Source: Octopus sinensis
Taxonomy: Eukaryota
Length of the DNA: 64,000 nucleotides
Direction: 5' to 3'
Assembly (NCBI RefSeq): GCF_006345805.1
Contig: NC_043009.1
Span: forward strand, 12,090,001 to 12,154,000
Part shown: piece by piece, positions 52,501 through 64,000 of the stretch
Position numbering within the stretch: position 1 is the stretch's first letter
Layout: each line of letters begins with the position of its first letter
Made by a program: the position numbers and the translations under genes
The notes under the pieces: generated by a model
Databases searched by the model: none
The model's input: the letters and a program-made list of their open reading frames with translations, nothing else
Told to the model about the DNA's origin: nothing

Positions 52501-53439
52501 AATTATCTGGGTCTTTTCGCGCCAGTATGCGTATGTGAGTGTAGATAACTCATGCGTGTGTATATGTGTATGCATTTGTGTCTATAGTTATGCTCATCAA
52601 AAACGTATGTACACGCGTGTATATAAGCAAATATACGCACGAGAAAACTAATGATAACAAGATTATTAATAACTAGCACTAGTGCTTGCATATAGAGCTG
52701 CGTGCGTGCGCACATACACGCGAGTACTGTCCAAATCTCCGACCAACCACATACAGCTAGCTGGCATTCAATTGCCCTATCAAGTTTCGGGCATTTTGAT
52801 TGGGTTTTGGATAGAAAATTCACAAAAATGTCACTTCTATTGATTTTTTTATGGTTTTGCGGGGTGACTGGGGAAATGCAAAGATGTGCACGACCACCCT
52901 TGGACGGTTTTGAATGACCATAGAAAGTGCGAGCCCTCTAACTGAGAAATTGTGGATTTGTATAAAGGACACGCACACACACACACAGACATTTTGCCGT
53001 TTATATATAGAGAGATAACAGCAATAATAGCAAGAATAACCGTAGCTGTAAGAATAACGATACTAATGGGGATAGTAACAACAACGAAAATAGCGATGAA
53101 AGCATGCAAACCAACACAAACAATACTGGCAACAACAGAGACAACCAAAGGGATTGTAACGATAGAAAGGATAGAAAATAATACAAGAAGTATAAATGAC
53201 ACTAACTCCCTTCACACTCTACTTTTGAATCTATGTGATAAGTTGTACGATATAAGTCGCATTTATCCGATAACCCTAAGTTTCAACAAAATAGTTTGTA
53301 TCCCACGACAGACGCAATAGAAGCGCAATTCACCATAGCTTTTACAAAACTTAAGCAGTACCCTAGAATACAGAGTAGGAGAGACGTACAACAACTTGAT
53401 AAGACATCTGACCTGCACAAACTCACAGCGCACAAAAAG

Positions 53440-53705
53440 TAAGGAAGTTGAGTGTTTCTCTACGGACAAGTCCGGCAGAATGTCGACAGGCAGCCTGTCG
53501 AACTACAATGCGACTCCACATCACCAACATGAGGGAAACAACAGTACAAGTGTTTGAGGAGAGAGAAAAGATCCTCAATATTCACATGATGATGTGGCCA
53601 AACATCCTGGGAGCAAAGAAACGCACGGCCAACAACTTCCAGGCCACAAATAAGGACATTCCAACGCTGTATAGACTCTGCAAGGATCATAAAAAGACCA
53701 TTGTT
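53440..53705 (+). mobile_element. Penelope-like RT N-terminal fragment
   Basis: STDKSG...NY and IPTLYRLCKDHKK resemble the DK(S)G...P.LYGLPK.HK motifs; frameshifted. Confidence 0.45.
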
Positions 53706-53947
53706 CCAATGTCATTGACCATCAGAGGGTACCGGTGGGGACCTCATTACCACCGTTACCACCTGAAAACAAGAGAGATTGAACCCGGGCAAAAAATTGC
53801 TGTAGTATAACGTTTTAGCGGGAATATGGTCCTATACCACCTCAGTCTCTCTCCTCTCTCTCTCTCTCCTCTCTCTTTTTTTTCTCTCTCTCTCTGTTGC
53901 TCTCTTTCTCTTCCTTCCATGACCAATGTCTAAAAAATGTATCCTTA

Positions 53948-54332
53948 TAGGCGCAGGAGTGGCTGTGTGGTAAGTAGCTTGCTTAGGAACCACATGGTTG
54001 TGTCATCTTGGGCAAGTGTCTTCTGCTATAGCCTAGGGCCGACCAAAGCCTTGTGAGTGGATTTGGTAGACGGAAACTGAAAGAAGCCCGTTGTATATAT
54101 GTATATATATATGTGTGTGTATGTTTGTGTCTGTGTTTGTCCCCCTAGCATTGCTTGACAACCGATGCTGGTGTATTTACGTCGCCGTCACTTAGCGGTT
54201 CGGCAAAAGAGAGCGATAGAATAAGTACTGGGCTTACAAAGAATAAGTCCCGGGGTCGATTTGTTCCACTAAAGGCGGTGCTCCAGCATGGCCGCAGTCA
54301 AATGACTGAAACAAGTAAAAGAGTAAAAGAGT
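53948..54332 (+). mobile_element. SINE-A
   Basis: Near-consensus with a short deletion in the head. Confidence 0.9.
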
Positions 54333-54693
54333 TATTGACAGTGACAACTATAAGCCTTCAAAGCTAATGGAGATGATTAAAAAAACAAAAAAAATAAGAA
54401 AACAAAAAATACCACGCTGAGTATTCGTCTGCCTCCTCAACTATTATAAAAGGGAGATCTACCGGATACCTACTTCCCTACCAAATTTATCAGCGAACAG
54501 AGACACCTAAAATAGCCTCGTCTCCGCCACCGAGCACAAAAACACAATCATGAAATAACAAAAACATGATCGTGGATTCATATATGAATAGTAAATTAAA
54601 GAATATTGTGGCAGTTTCTACCTAATACTCACTTTGTATACTTTGTCCTGTCTTAGAGTAATCCATGCAATTTGTAAATATCCGGTAAGTGTA

Positions 54694-55259
54694 TTGGGTT
54701 ATCCGGAAAGTTTGTGCTGATTTTTAAAGGAAAGAAAATGGTCAACAAATACTTGCCATTACATTTTTAATCAACCAAATATGGACCATTTTGTTGCACA
54801 ATGCGTCTCCATCTTTTCTTTAACTTGAAAGTACCGTCTTCCCAGAATGGAGGGGTTTTCATGGCAAAGAATTCATCAAGGTATCTTTTTACGTCATTCA
54901 AGGAATTGAAATTTTTACCATTAAGACTATTCTGCAGAGACCTGAATAAGTGGAAATCCGAAGGAGCAATATCTGGTGAATATGGAGGGTGGGTTACACA
55001 TCCCAGCCGAGCTGCAGCAATTTTTGTCTGGTTCCCAAAGCATCAAGTGCCGAAAATGAACTTTCTTATCTTCCATTTTAAAGGGTTACAGAATTAACAC
55101 AGGTTATAAGGAATATAAACCTTCTTCCACGAAAAGATAGCTTAAACTGTACTCTAAATAGAGGCGTGGTCAAATCCTATTTTATGAACTCAACCATGTT
55201 CTCAAATAAGTCGAAATGTAAGCTACTATAAATCGGCACGAACATTCCGGACAACCCAA
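54694..55259 (-). mobile_element. Second copy of the same deleted mariner (566 bp)
   Basis: Same TIRs, TA flanks and deletion junction as 39742-40309. Confidence 0.92.
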
Positions 55260-56051
55260 TACTTTGAAAAGGCCTGATAATGTTGATTGATAACTGGCAG
55301 AATCATCAGCATACCACGACAAAAGACTTAGCGGCATTTGAGTTCAAATTATGCCGAGGTCGACTTTACTTCTCATCCTTTTGGAGTCGATGAAAAAGGT
55401 ACCAACTCAGCACTGGGGGCAATATAATCGACTTATCCCCTCTCCCAAGATTTCAGGATTTACGCCTACAGTAGAAAGGGTTATGGATATAGTGAGTTTA
55501 GCCCCTTGTGGGTAATAAAGAAACAATTATAAAATTTTATAATAAGTAGCTGACCCCGTAGAATTACAACAACCATATTGTGAAGGGTAACATGACATTT
55601 TAAATGTTATATTTATAAGTCATATGTTCATCCATAGAAACAATATATACAGTGCCTAATTGCACACACGCACGCACTCACTCACACACACACACACCTA
55701 ATCATTGTCTGTGTGTGTGTGTATGTCTGCGTGTGTACACCAGTAGCGTTTGTATGTGTATGAGTGTATGCGCCAATAGGGTTCGTCGGAATCTTTTTTC
55801 TTTCTTTCCTTCTTTCCTTTCCTCTCTTTTTTCTTTCTCTCCCTCCCCCAGTCTCTAGTCTCTCTCACTATCTGTATCTCACACACTTTTATCATTTCCT
55901 AAGCCCTATAATGTACCAGCAGCGTTCGTTTGAACCTCTCTCTCTCTCTCTCGCTCTCTCTTTCCCTCTCTCCCTCTCTCTTATCTCGTTAGCATTTTAA
56001 TGCAATCGTAGACGAGAGGAGTTGGGTAGATAGATAGATAGATAGATAGAC

Positions 56052-56082
<31 letters not shown>

Positions 56083-56469
56083 GATAGATAGATAGATAGA
56101 TAGGGAGAGACATTGATAGGTACATAAATGAATTGATTGAGAGAGAAAAAAATTAGTGCGTGAGGTTTTGTACCAGCAGCGTTCGTTTGAATCTTCCTCT
56201 CTTTTCCTTTCTCTCCTCATACCGCTCTTTCCCTCTCCCGTGCACACACCTTTACCGTTCTCGTTCTACAGCCTGACAGATTAGCAAGCACAAGAGGCAG
56301 TCGCTAGAAGAGTGTCTTACCTTGCTACATTTAATCATCTTTATATCATAATTTAGAATTACACGGCGTGTTAGAATTAGAATGTTCGATCTCATCCGAA
56401 TCAGACAAGTAACATAACAGGTAACACGCTAGACTAGTTTAGCCATGTTATTTTCTGCTTACCGTGTTC

Positions 56470-57290
56470 ACTTGACTTGAAATCTCCGGCTGGACTGACG
56501 GCTCATGTCGGTCGACCACATATCACATGGTCCCGACAGATGAGGAGGTATCTTGCGGAGATAGGGTCTGACTCAGACTGCACAACGGATCGTCCGGGAG
56601 AATCCGGTATTATACCTATTTCTTTACTACCCACAAGGGGCCAAACACAGAGAGGACAAACAAGGACAGACAAACGGATTAAGTCGATTATATCGACCCC
56701 AGAGCGTAACTGGTCCTTAATTTATCGACCCCGAAAGGATGAAAGGCAAAGTCGACCTCGGCGGAATTTGAACTCAGAACGTAACAGCAGACGAAATACC
56801 TATTTCTTTACTACCCTCAAGGGGTTAAACACAGAGAGGACAAACAAGGACAGACAAACGGATTAAGTCGATTACATCGACCCCAGTGCGTAACTGGTAC
56901 TTAATTTATCGACTCCGAAAGGATGAAAGGCAAAGTCGACCTCGGCGGAATTTGAACTCAGAACGTAACGGCAGACGAAATACCTATTTCTTTACTACCC
57001 TCAAGGGGTTAAACACAGAGAGGACAAACAAGGACAGACAAACGGATTAAGTCGATTACATCGACCCCAGTGCGTAACTGGTACTTAATTTATCGACCTC
57101 GAAAGGATGAAAGGTAAAGTCGACTTTGGCGGAATTTGAACTCAGAACATAACGGCAGACGAAATACCGCTAAGCATTTCGCCCGGCGTGCTAACGTTTC
57201 TGCCAGCTCGCCGCCTTTACATCGGTATTATACCGATGAATGATGAAAGCAGCGACGCGTTGCAACGGCGCATGCCCCAACACCTGAAGT
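56470..57290 (+). mobile_element. RTE 3' end remnant interrupted by the SINE-B trimer
   Basis: VGRPHITWSRQMRRYLAEIG before, and MMKAATRCNGACPNT* after, the insertion. Confidence 0.5.
56612..57217 (-). mobile_element. SINE-B head + 3 x 184-bp bodies
   Basis: Units start 56612, 56796, 56980; 12-bp TSD CGGTATTATACC at 56605-56616 and 57223-57234. Confidence 0.92.
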
Positions 57291-57424
57291 AACCATTATT
57301 CTCTGCTGTTATTCTGGCACAAGAAAGGTAACGTATTTACTTAAAAGTAATTTCGTCAGATAAAATTCTTAAAACAAATACATATTCGATGTTTCTCGGT
57401 GCAAAACTGGAAATATAAACGTTC

Positions 57425-57643
57425 TTCTTTTACTTGTTTAAGTCATTAGACAGCGGCTGAGCTGGAGCACCGCCTTGAAGAATCTTAGTCGAACGAATCA
57501 ACCCCTGTATTCATTTTTTAAAGCCTGAATTATATCGTCTATCAATCTCTTTTGCAGAACTGCTAACTTGCGGACTCTGTGTACGCATCAATAGAGTTTT
57601 TATGTGTGTGAGTGTCAAACAGTGGAGAGAGACAAACAAACAC

Positions 57644-57676
<33 letters not shown>

Positions 57677-57701
57677 CAAACACACACACAAACACACACA
57701 C

Positions 57702-57755
<54 letters not shown>

Positions 57756-57880
57756 ATAGACTTCTTTCAGTTTCCGTCAACCAAATCCACTCGACTTTGG
57801 TCGGCCCGAGGCTATAATGGAAAACACTTGCTCAAGATGCCACACAGAATCACACAGTTGGGAAATCACTTAACACAGCC
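57425..57880 (-). mobile_element. SINE-A with expanded (CA)n
   Basis: Diverged match; further partial copies at 34725, 40690, 45545, 58345, 59725, 60960. Confidence 0.75.
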
Positions 57881-58291
57881 ACGTAATATTTGAACATTCC
57901 AGAATTTAAAAAAATAAATTATCTTCCCAATTGTTATCCGAAAATTCTTAAAATATCGATTTTGTTCAATATATGAACACAAAAACATATAAATTCAAAA
58001 CAATACAATGAAACAATTTCCCTATTCGTCCTCTTGCTCCAGTCATTGGACTGCGGCCATGCTGGGATTCATTGATAAATGAAGTTATTATCTGTTATTA
58101 TGTATCTGTATTTTTATAAACATAAATCTGTCCTCAAGTATCTTACGCACCCTATATATAACCACAGTAACAGCATGCATCTTCATTTCTTGAGTAAGCT
58201 GAGGGTCTGCCATTATTATTTTCTGAAACAAAGATTATAGAGAGATAGTAAAAAATGTAGCAATGACCCCCAAAAGGTATGTCCTCAAATA

Positions 58292-58332
<41 letters not shown>

Positions 58333-58868
58333 CAACAAGAGTATTTCAGTTCCTATTTACTAATCCACTCACAAGGCTTTAGTAGGGCCGAGGATATAGT
58401 AGAAGACATGCCACGCATTAGGACCTAACCCGGAACCATGTTGTTGGGAAGCAAGCTTCTTACCACAGAGCCACGCCTTCGGATATAACTGAGAAGGCAG
58501 ATCAAATATCCAGAGAAAAAGATTTTCGCGAATGTGTGCGTGCGTGCGTGTGTATACATACAGACGTACATATATACATACATGCATACATAAATACACA
58601 CATGCATGCATACATGCATACATACAATATATAATTACATCAGCTGAAAGTAATAAATTCTGATAAACTTCCCTCCTTCTGCTCTCTCAGTTTCTACTCG
58701 CCCACCCCAACCTTCTCTGTATGTTTCTATCTAATATCAACTCACCAGCTTTTTCGACTCCTGGTCGTCTAGAATTGTACCTTCACCAGTTTTCGACTGC
58801 CATACCAAACCCCAAGCAGTCTTCCAGGCACACCCACCATCTGGTTAAGAAATAATAGTAATACACAC

Positions 58869-58920
<52 letters not shown>

Positions 58921-61424
58921 TATATATATTTCCCGGCAGCTTTAAATTAGATATAGATGCAAAGAAAAAAGAAGAGGAGGAGAAACGAGTTAATGAAATA
59001 AATTGGTGATTATCAAATCCAAGCTACAGCAGACGTAGTAATTACAATATTTGACAATCATTTAAGGCGGGGGAGCTGGTTGAATTGATAGCTTGCCGGT
59101 CAAAATGCGTGGCAGCATTTCATCCGTCTCTACGGTCCGAGTTCAAATTCCGCCGAGGTCGTCTTTGTCTTTCATCCTTCAACAGCAGACATAGTGATTG
59201 CAAATATGTCAATAAGTTAAGGCTGTGAGTCTTGGAAGACTCGGACTCGTTAGCCTGCCGGACAAAATGCGTAGCGGCATTTCGTCCGCCTTTACCTTCT
59301 GATTTCAAATTCCTGCTGGGGTCGATAAAATAAGTACCATTTGAACACTGGGGGCGGTGTGATCAACTTACCCGTTGCCCTGAAATTGCTTTGTGCCAGA
59401 ATTTGAAACCAGTATCTAACTATCATAATGAGGTTCATTGCTGAAACTTTGTTTTAGTCCTTATCATATGAGTGTGCACGCATTAGCAGGGTTTCCAATG
59501 TTTATTTCAGTGGGTTTTTTAGTTTATTAGCCCTAGTTGTCAAAACGATAGGCCACGTGTAGCAACGTAAACATTGACGCATACATGAGCGTGCATATGA
59601 ACTCGTGTGTTTAAATATGCACTGGATCATGAGTTTCTTCCATTTCAGCTTAACTGGAACTGCACAAGGACAACGCAACATGCATATGTCATGCTCTCTA
59701 GACACTGTCGAAAGAGATTGTATTGGCGCAGGTGTGGTTGTGTAGTCTACAGTTTGATTTCCAACCACATGGTTCCGGGTTCAGTCTCACTGCGTGGTGC
59801 CTTCTACTATAGTTCTTCTACTGTAGCCCTAGGCCCGACCAAAGCCTTGTGAGCAAATTTCGTAGACAGAAACTGGAAGATGCTCGTCATATGTATATGT
59901 GTGTGTATGTATGTATGTATATATGTATGTATGTATATGTGCATCGATTATGTGTGTCTGTGTCTGTATTTGTCCCTCACCACCACTTGGTGGGCTTACG
60001 TCCCCATAACTGAGCGGTTCGGTTAAAGCGACCGATAGAATAAGTACCAAGCTTAAAAAGTACTGGGGTTGATTCATTCTACTAAGAATTCTTCAAAGCA
60101 GTGCTACGGCATGGCCGCAGCCTGGTGAATGAAACAAGTAAAAAAACTTCATAAAATTTAAAAGATGGGACGATACTGAAGGTAACACGTAATGACATTT
60201 AGGTTTTGCTGAAAAGAAAATGATTTACCATTACAAGGAATATATCCGCACATTCTGAAGCTATTAATAAAATAGCAACCTAGATCAATTCGTGTAGAAA
60301 ATAATGATATAATTATAATGGGAGCCCCGCCCCCCGCCACCGTTTCATATCATGTCATGCAGGTTCAATCCTAAAGGATCCTAATCTTAAGCGCAGCCCT
60401 AAAACTAACCCTTACTCCTAAACCTGAATAAATGAATCGAACAAACTTTGTTCTGACAACACACACAAGAATATATTTCATAACCCTTTAAACTAACGTT
60501 CCCAGTTCACTGTCAATGACAGTCGACTTTTAAGGACCACAAATCACTTTAAAACTGAGTGATACTTATTTTCATGCAGAATAAAATGTATCAAATCCTA
60601 AGACTGCATCAATATAATTTTGCTTTTCTATTTTACCACTAATTCCTGCTACGTATCTTATTAAAACTCATAAAGTCCAAATGAATTAGGCAAACGTTTA
60701 AAGTTTCTCTATCAAATTTCAATTGCAAAATTAATAGCGATGGGAACTGTTATGAAATTGCCAAAATATAAAGCTCTGCCTCCCATGCAGTAAATACATA
60801 GAAAAGTCATATCATGTCATAGGGATATCACCACCACTAATACACTAACAAGCACTATTGGTTTCACAGAACTTTAGTACACAAGTCACCAGCATCATCA
60901 CAACAGGTAACTGCCTCATCAACATCTGAATAAAACTACAGCACTTTCAAAGTATACTATTTACTCTTTTACTCTTTTACTTGTTCCAGTCATCTGACTG
61001 CGGCCATGCTGGAGCACCGCCTTTAGTCGAGCAAAATATTTAGAAAATATTTAGAAATAAAGAGACCTCTTCATAGAAATGGATCGAAGTTTGGTAAGAC
61101 TTCATACTATGTCCCAGGCAATTTCAATTCCAATAAAGGAAACGAGTAAACTGCGTCTAAAACATGCTAAGTTTATTTCTCATGTTTTAAAAATGATCCG
61201 CTAGGTGCATACTCATTAACCGTTGACTTTAAGAATCATGAGATCACAGTGAAATTTGCGAATGCAATTTCCACCATAAACAGTAATTTTTTCTCGATCC
61301 AATCCCCTGATGTAGACAGTCGACCAAATGACCAAAAGATTTAACGAAACCTTCGTTTAAAAATGTAATCCCGTCTGCCTTCAATAATAATATGCACTCA
61401 GATTCAGACCCACGTGTACGCACA

Positions 61425-61459
<35 letters not shown>

Positions 61460-61970
61460 GCACACACACATACACACACACACACCACACACACGCATAC
61501 ACACACACATTGGCAGAGTCGTTTGCGCGTCGGATAGAGCGCATCGTTTCATAATGGTATTTGTTCCGACTATGTGCTCTGGGTTCAAACCCTGCCCTCC
61601 TAAGTTTTGCCTTTCATCCCATCGGGGTCGATAATTCATCCCAGTCTAAGGGGATGGATTGATGGTGCTGTTAGCGTGTCCGTAACCTTCCTGGTTCTTC
61701 GCATTATGGTGGGCCACGTCCACAACGACATTGATACTATGCTGCTTTGTTATTATCTTTTCCTTGGGCATCATCAGATGTTTGGGCACTTGACAGTCTT
61801 TCACAAAATCCTCTCAAAATCAGACTCTCACCTGGAATATTTCAGGTACGAATACACGTTATCAGCCATGTTTGAAGTGAGGCGCTATATAAACTCTGAC
61901 TAACGCTTATATTTTGTTAGTCTACATTCGTTTCGTTTCTTAATTTTGTATGAGTATATTATATCATGTA

Positions 61971-62272
61971 GAGGCGCAATGGCCCAGTGGTTAGGGCAGC
62001 GGAATTGAGGTCGGGGGATCGCGGTTTCGATTCCTAGACCGAGCGTTGTGTGTGTTTATTGAGCGAAAACACCAATAAAAGCTGCACGAGACTCAGGCAG
62101 GGGATGGTGGCCACCCCTGTTGTACTCTTTCGCCACAACTTTCTCTCACTCTGTCTTCCTGTTTCTTGAGTAACGCTGCGATGGACTGGCGTCCCGTCCA
62201 GCTGGGGGGAATACATACGCCACAGAAACCGGGAAACCGGACCCATGAGCCTGGCTAGGCTTGAACAGGGTG
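61971..62272 (+). mobile_element. SINE-C head + tail Y (V-domain-like)
   Basis: gagtaacgctgcgatggactggcgtcccgtccagctggg...catgagcctggctaggc tail. Confidence 0.85.
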
Positions 62273-62981
62273 ACGTTCATCGTTATATATATATCATATT
62301 TTCAGTTTCCTGTAGTGATATTTTCTCTTTCATTTCCGGTTTTGTTTTCGTCTCTTACGCTTATCATCCGTTCAAAATTTTAAAGATTGTTTCCCTGTCG
62401 CATAAATAATTCTATGTCACTTTATACATCTGCAAGATCTAATTCTACGTATTCAGTACATATTTGGAGAGTGACACAGCCTCACAGAAATTGTGGTTGT
62501 ATATGATATATTACAGTTCAAGAGTTTGGTTGATAACAGCTGGTTCTTAAATCCCTTGATAAAAAATAATCTACAGAAGTAAGCTTCGCAATTTTGCGTG
62601 TACCTGTAGGCATTCAGATATCTTTACACATTCCGAAACACTGGTTTATGTTGAAACTACTTTACATATGTGTTTGCGTACATTTTTGGTGAGTACAAGA
62701 CACAGGTAATTAAACAAAAATACGCTCACAAAAATGCATACATACATACATACACACATACATACATATATAAAAGTAAGGACAGGAAGAGATGCATAGT
62801 CCTACACACGCACGCGCGCACATAAATGTCTAATTTTTCAAAATGCCATTTGAAATCCCACGTGATCCCTAGATAATTCAGAATTTCATATATAATATTA
62901 CTCGAGAAATGCATATTATGTTTGCGTGTAGGCATAAGATCATGGGTGAGTATGTAGCCATGAATGTAAGTTACGTATATA

Positions 62982-63020
<39 letters not shown>

Positions 63021-63029
63021 TGTGTGTGA

Positions 63030-63069
<40 letters not shown>

Positions 63070-63134
63070 TTATTTATATATATATATGTATATATATATA
63101 CATAGACAGACAGACAACGAGTGTTATATATGTT

Positions 63135-63167
<33 letters not shown>

Positions 63168-63529
63168 TACACACAGTATTTGGTGCACACTCACACGTAA
63201 GCAGTAAGAATAGAGAGTTTATTAGGAATTGCGCCATAGCTCCAAGTTTATATTAATGCTGCGAGCGACACCCTGAAAGGTTTTCTAGAAAGTCAGAAGT
63301 ATCTGACTGTTCCTATTTTATTGTCCTCAGAAGGTAAAAAGACAGCAAAATGATGTAAAGTCAACGTGCGTATGGAACTCTTCAAGAATTTATCGGCCTC
63401 TCCTGTAGCGGAAGCACAGTGGCTCCCATGAAAGACACGGCACGTGTAGTACATCTTTTGGCAAAGTTTGACAGAACAAAAATATTAATAAACGGAAACT
63501 TATTTAATATCTATAGCATCTAAGTATGT

Positions 63530-63760
63530 TTGAAAGGCAGAAATGTTAGCATGCCGAGACAAATGCTTGGCATTTCGTCTGCCGCTGCGTTCTGAGTTCA
63601 AATTCCGCCGGGGTCGACTTGGCCTTTCATCCTTTCGGGGTCGATAAAATAAGTACCAGTCACACACTGGGGTCGATATAATCGATTTAATCCGTTTGTC
63701 TGTCCTTGTTTGTCCTCTCTGTGTTTAGCCCCTTGTGGGTAGTAAAGAAATAGGTATTTG
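63530..63760 (+). mobile_element. SINE-B
   Basis: Consensus match. Confidence 0.85.
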
Positions 63761-64000
63761 ATATCCCAAAAGGGAACACATTGTATAGGTATGCATGACG
63801 GCATTACACTTAATTTGGCAGAAAGAAAAAAATTGGAGAACTTGCGTGATTGTGTGAATTGGGACCTACTTATTTGATGTATGAATGCCCAGAATGTATA
63901 TACATGCAATACGTGTGTGTGTGATCACGCGCATGCGTGTGAAGGGATTAATTAATTTTTTCATTTTATATGAACGTTATTTTCAGGGACGTAGCTAGTG

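Noticed and set aside
52980-53200. Asn/Thr-rich ORFs
   Set aside because: Decayed (AAC/AAT/GAT) trinucleotide repeat; similar tracts at 44200-44500 and 60820-60940
56612-57217. Regular 184-bp repeat as a CRISPR or satellite
   Set aside because: No spacers; the units are SINE-B bodies
61650-61850. Possible exon (minus: ttccag|GESLILRGFCERLSSAQTSDD...*; plus: donor CAG|gtacga)
   Set aside because: Short, no partner exon, no recognisable homology

Overview
Eukaryotic, AT-rich, very repeat-dense DNA. The SINE families point to an octopus (coleoid cephalopod) genome; this is inferred, not proven. Most of the window is tRNA-derived SINEs (four recognisable head types), long compound microsatellites, and decayed R4/Dong-, RTE-, Penelope-, mariner-, MITE- and Helitron-type elements. 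Almost all long ORFs in the supplied track are microsatellite artefacts. The real coding content I can support is a tandem pair of paralogous 5-exon genes of unknown function on the + strand: gene A (CDS 18179-20426, 162 aa) and gene B (CDS 30195-33513, 161 aa), plus an orphan third copy of their 3' end at ~23766-24330. The pair shares a near-identical promoter/exon-1 tract containing a 16-bp CRE palindrome, while exons 2-3 are strongly diverged. The window also holds three minimal hammerhead-ribozyme motifs, one directly behind a tRNA-like Pol III head. One SINE family occurs as head+(body)n multimers with a fixed GGTAT junction, and SINE heads and tails are shuffled combinatorially. No rRNA, bona fide tRNA, CRISPR or prokaryotic features were found.
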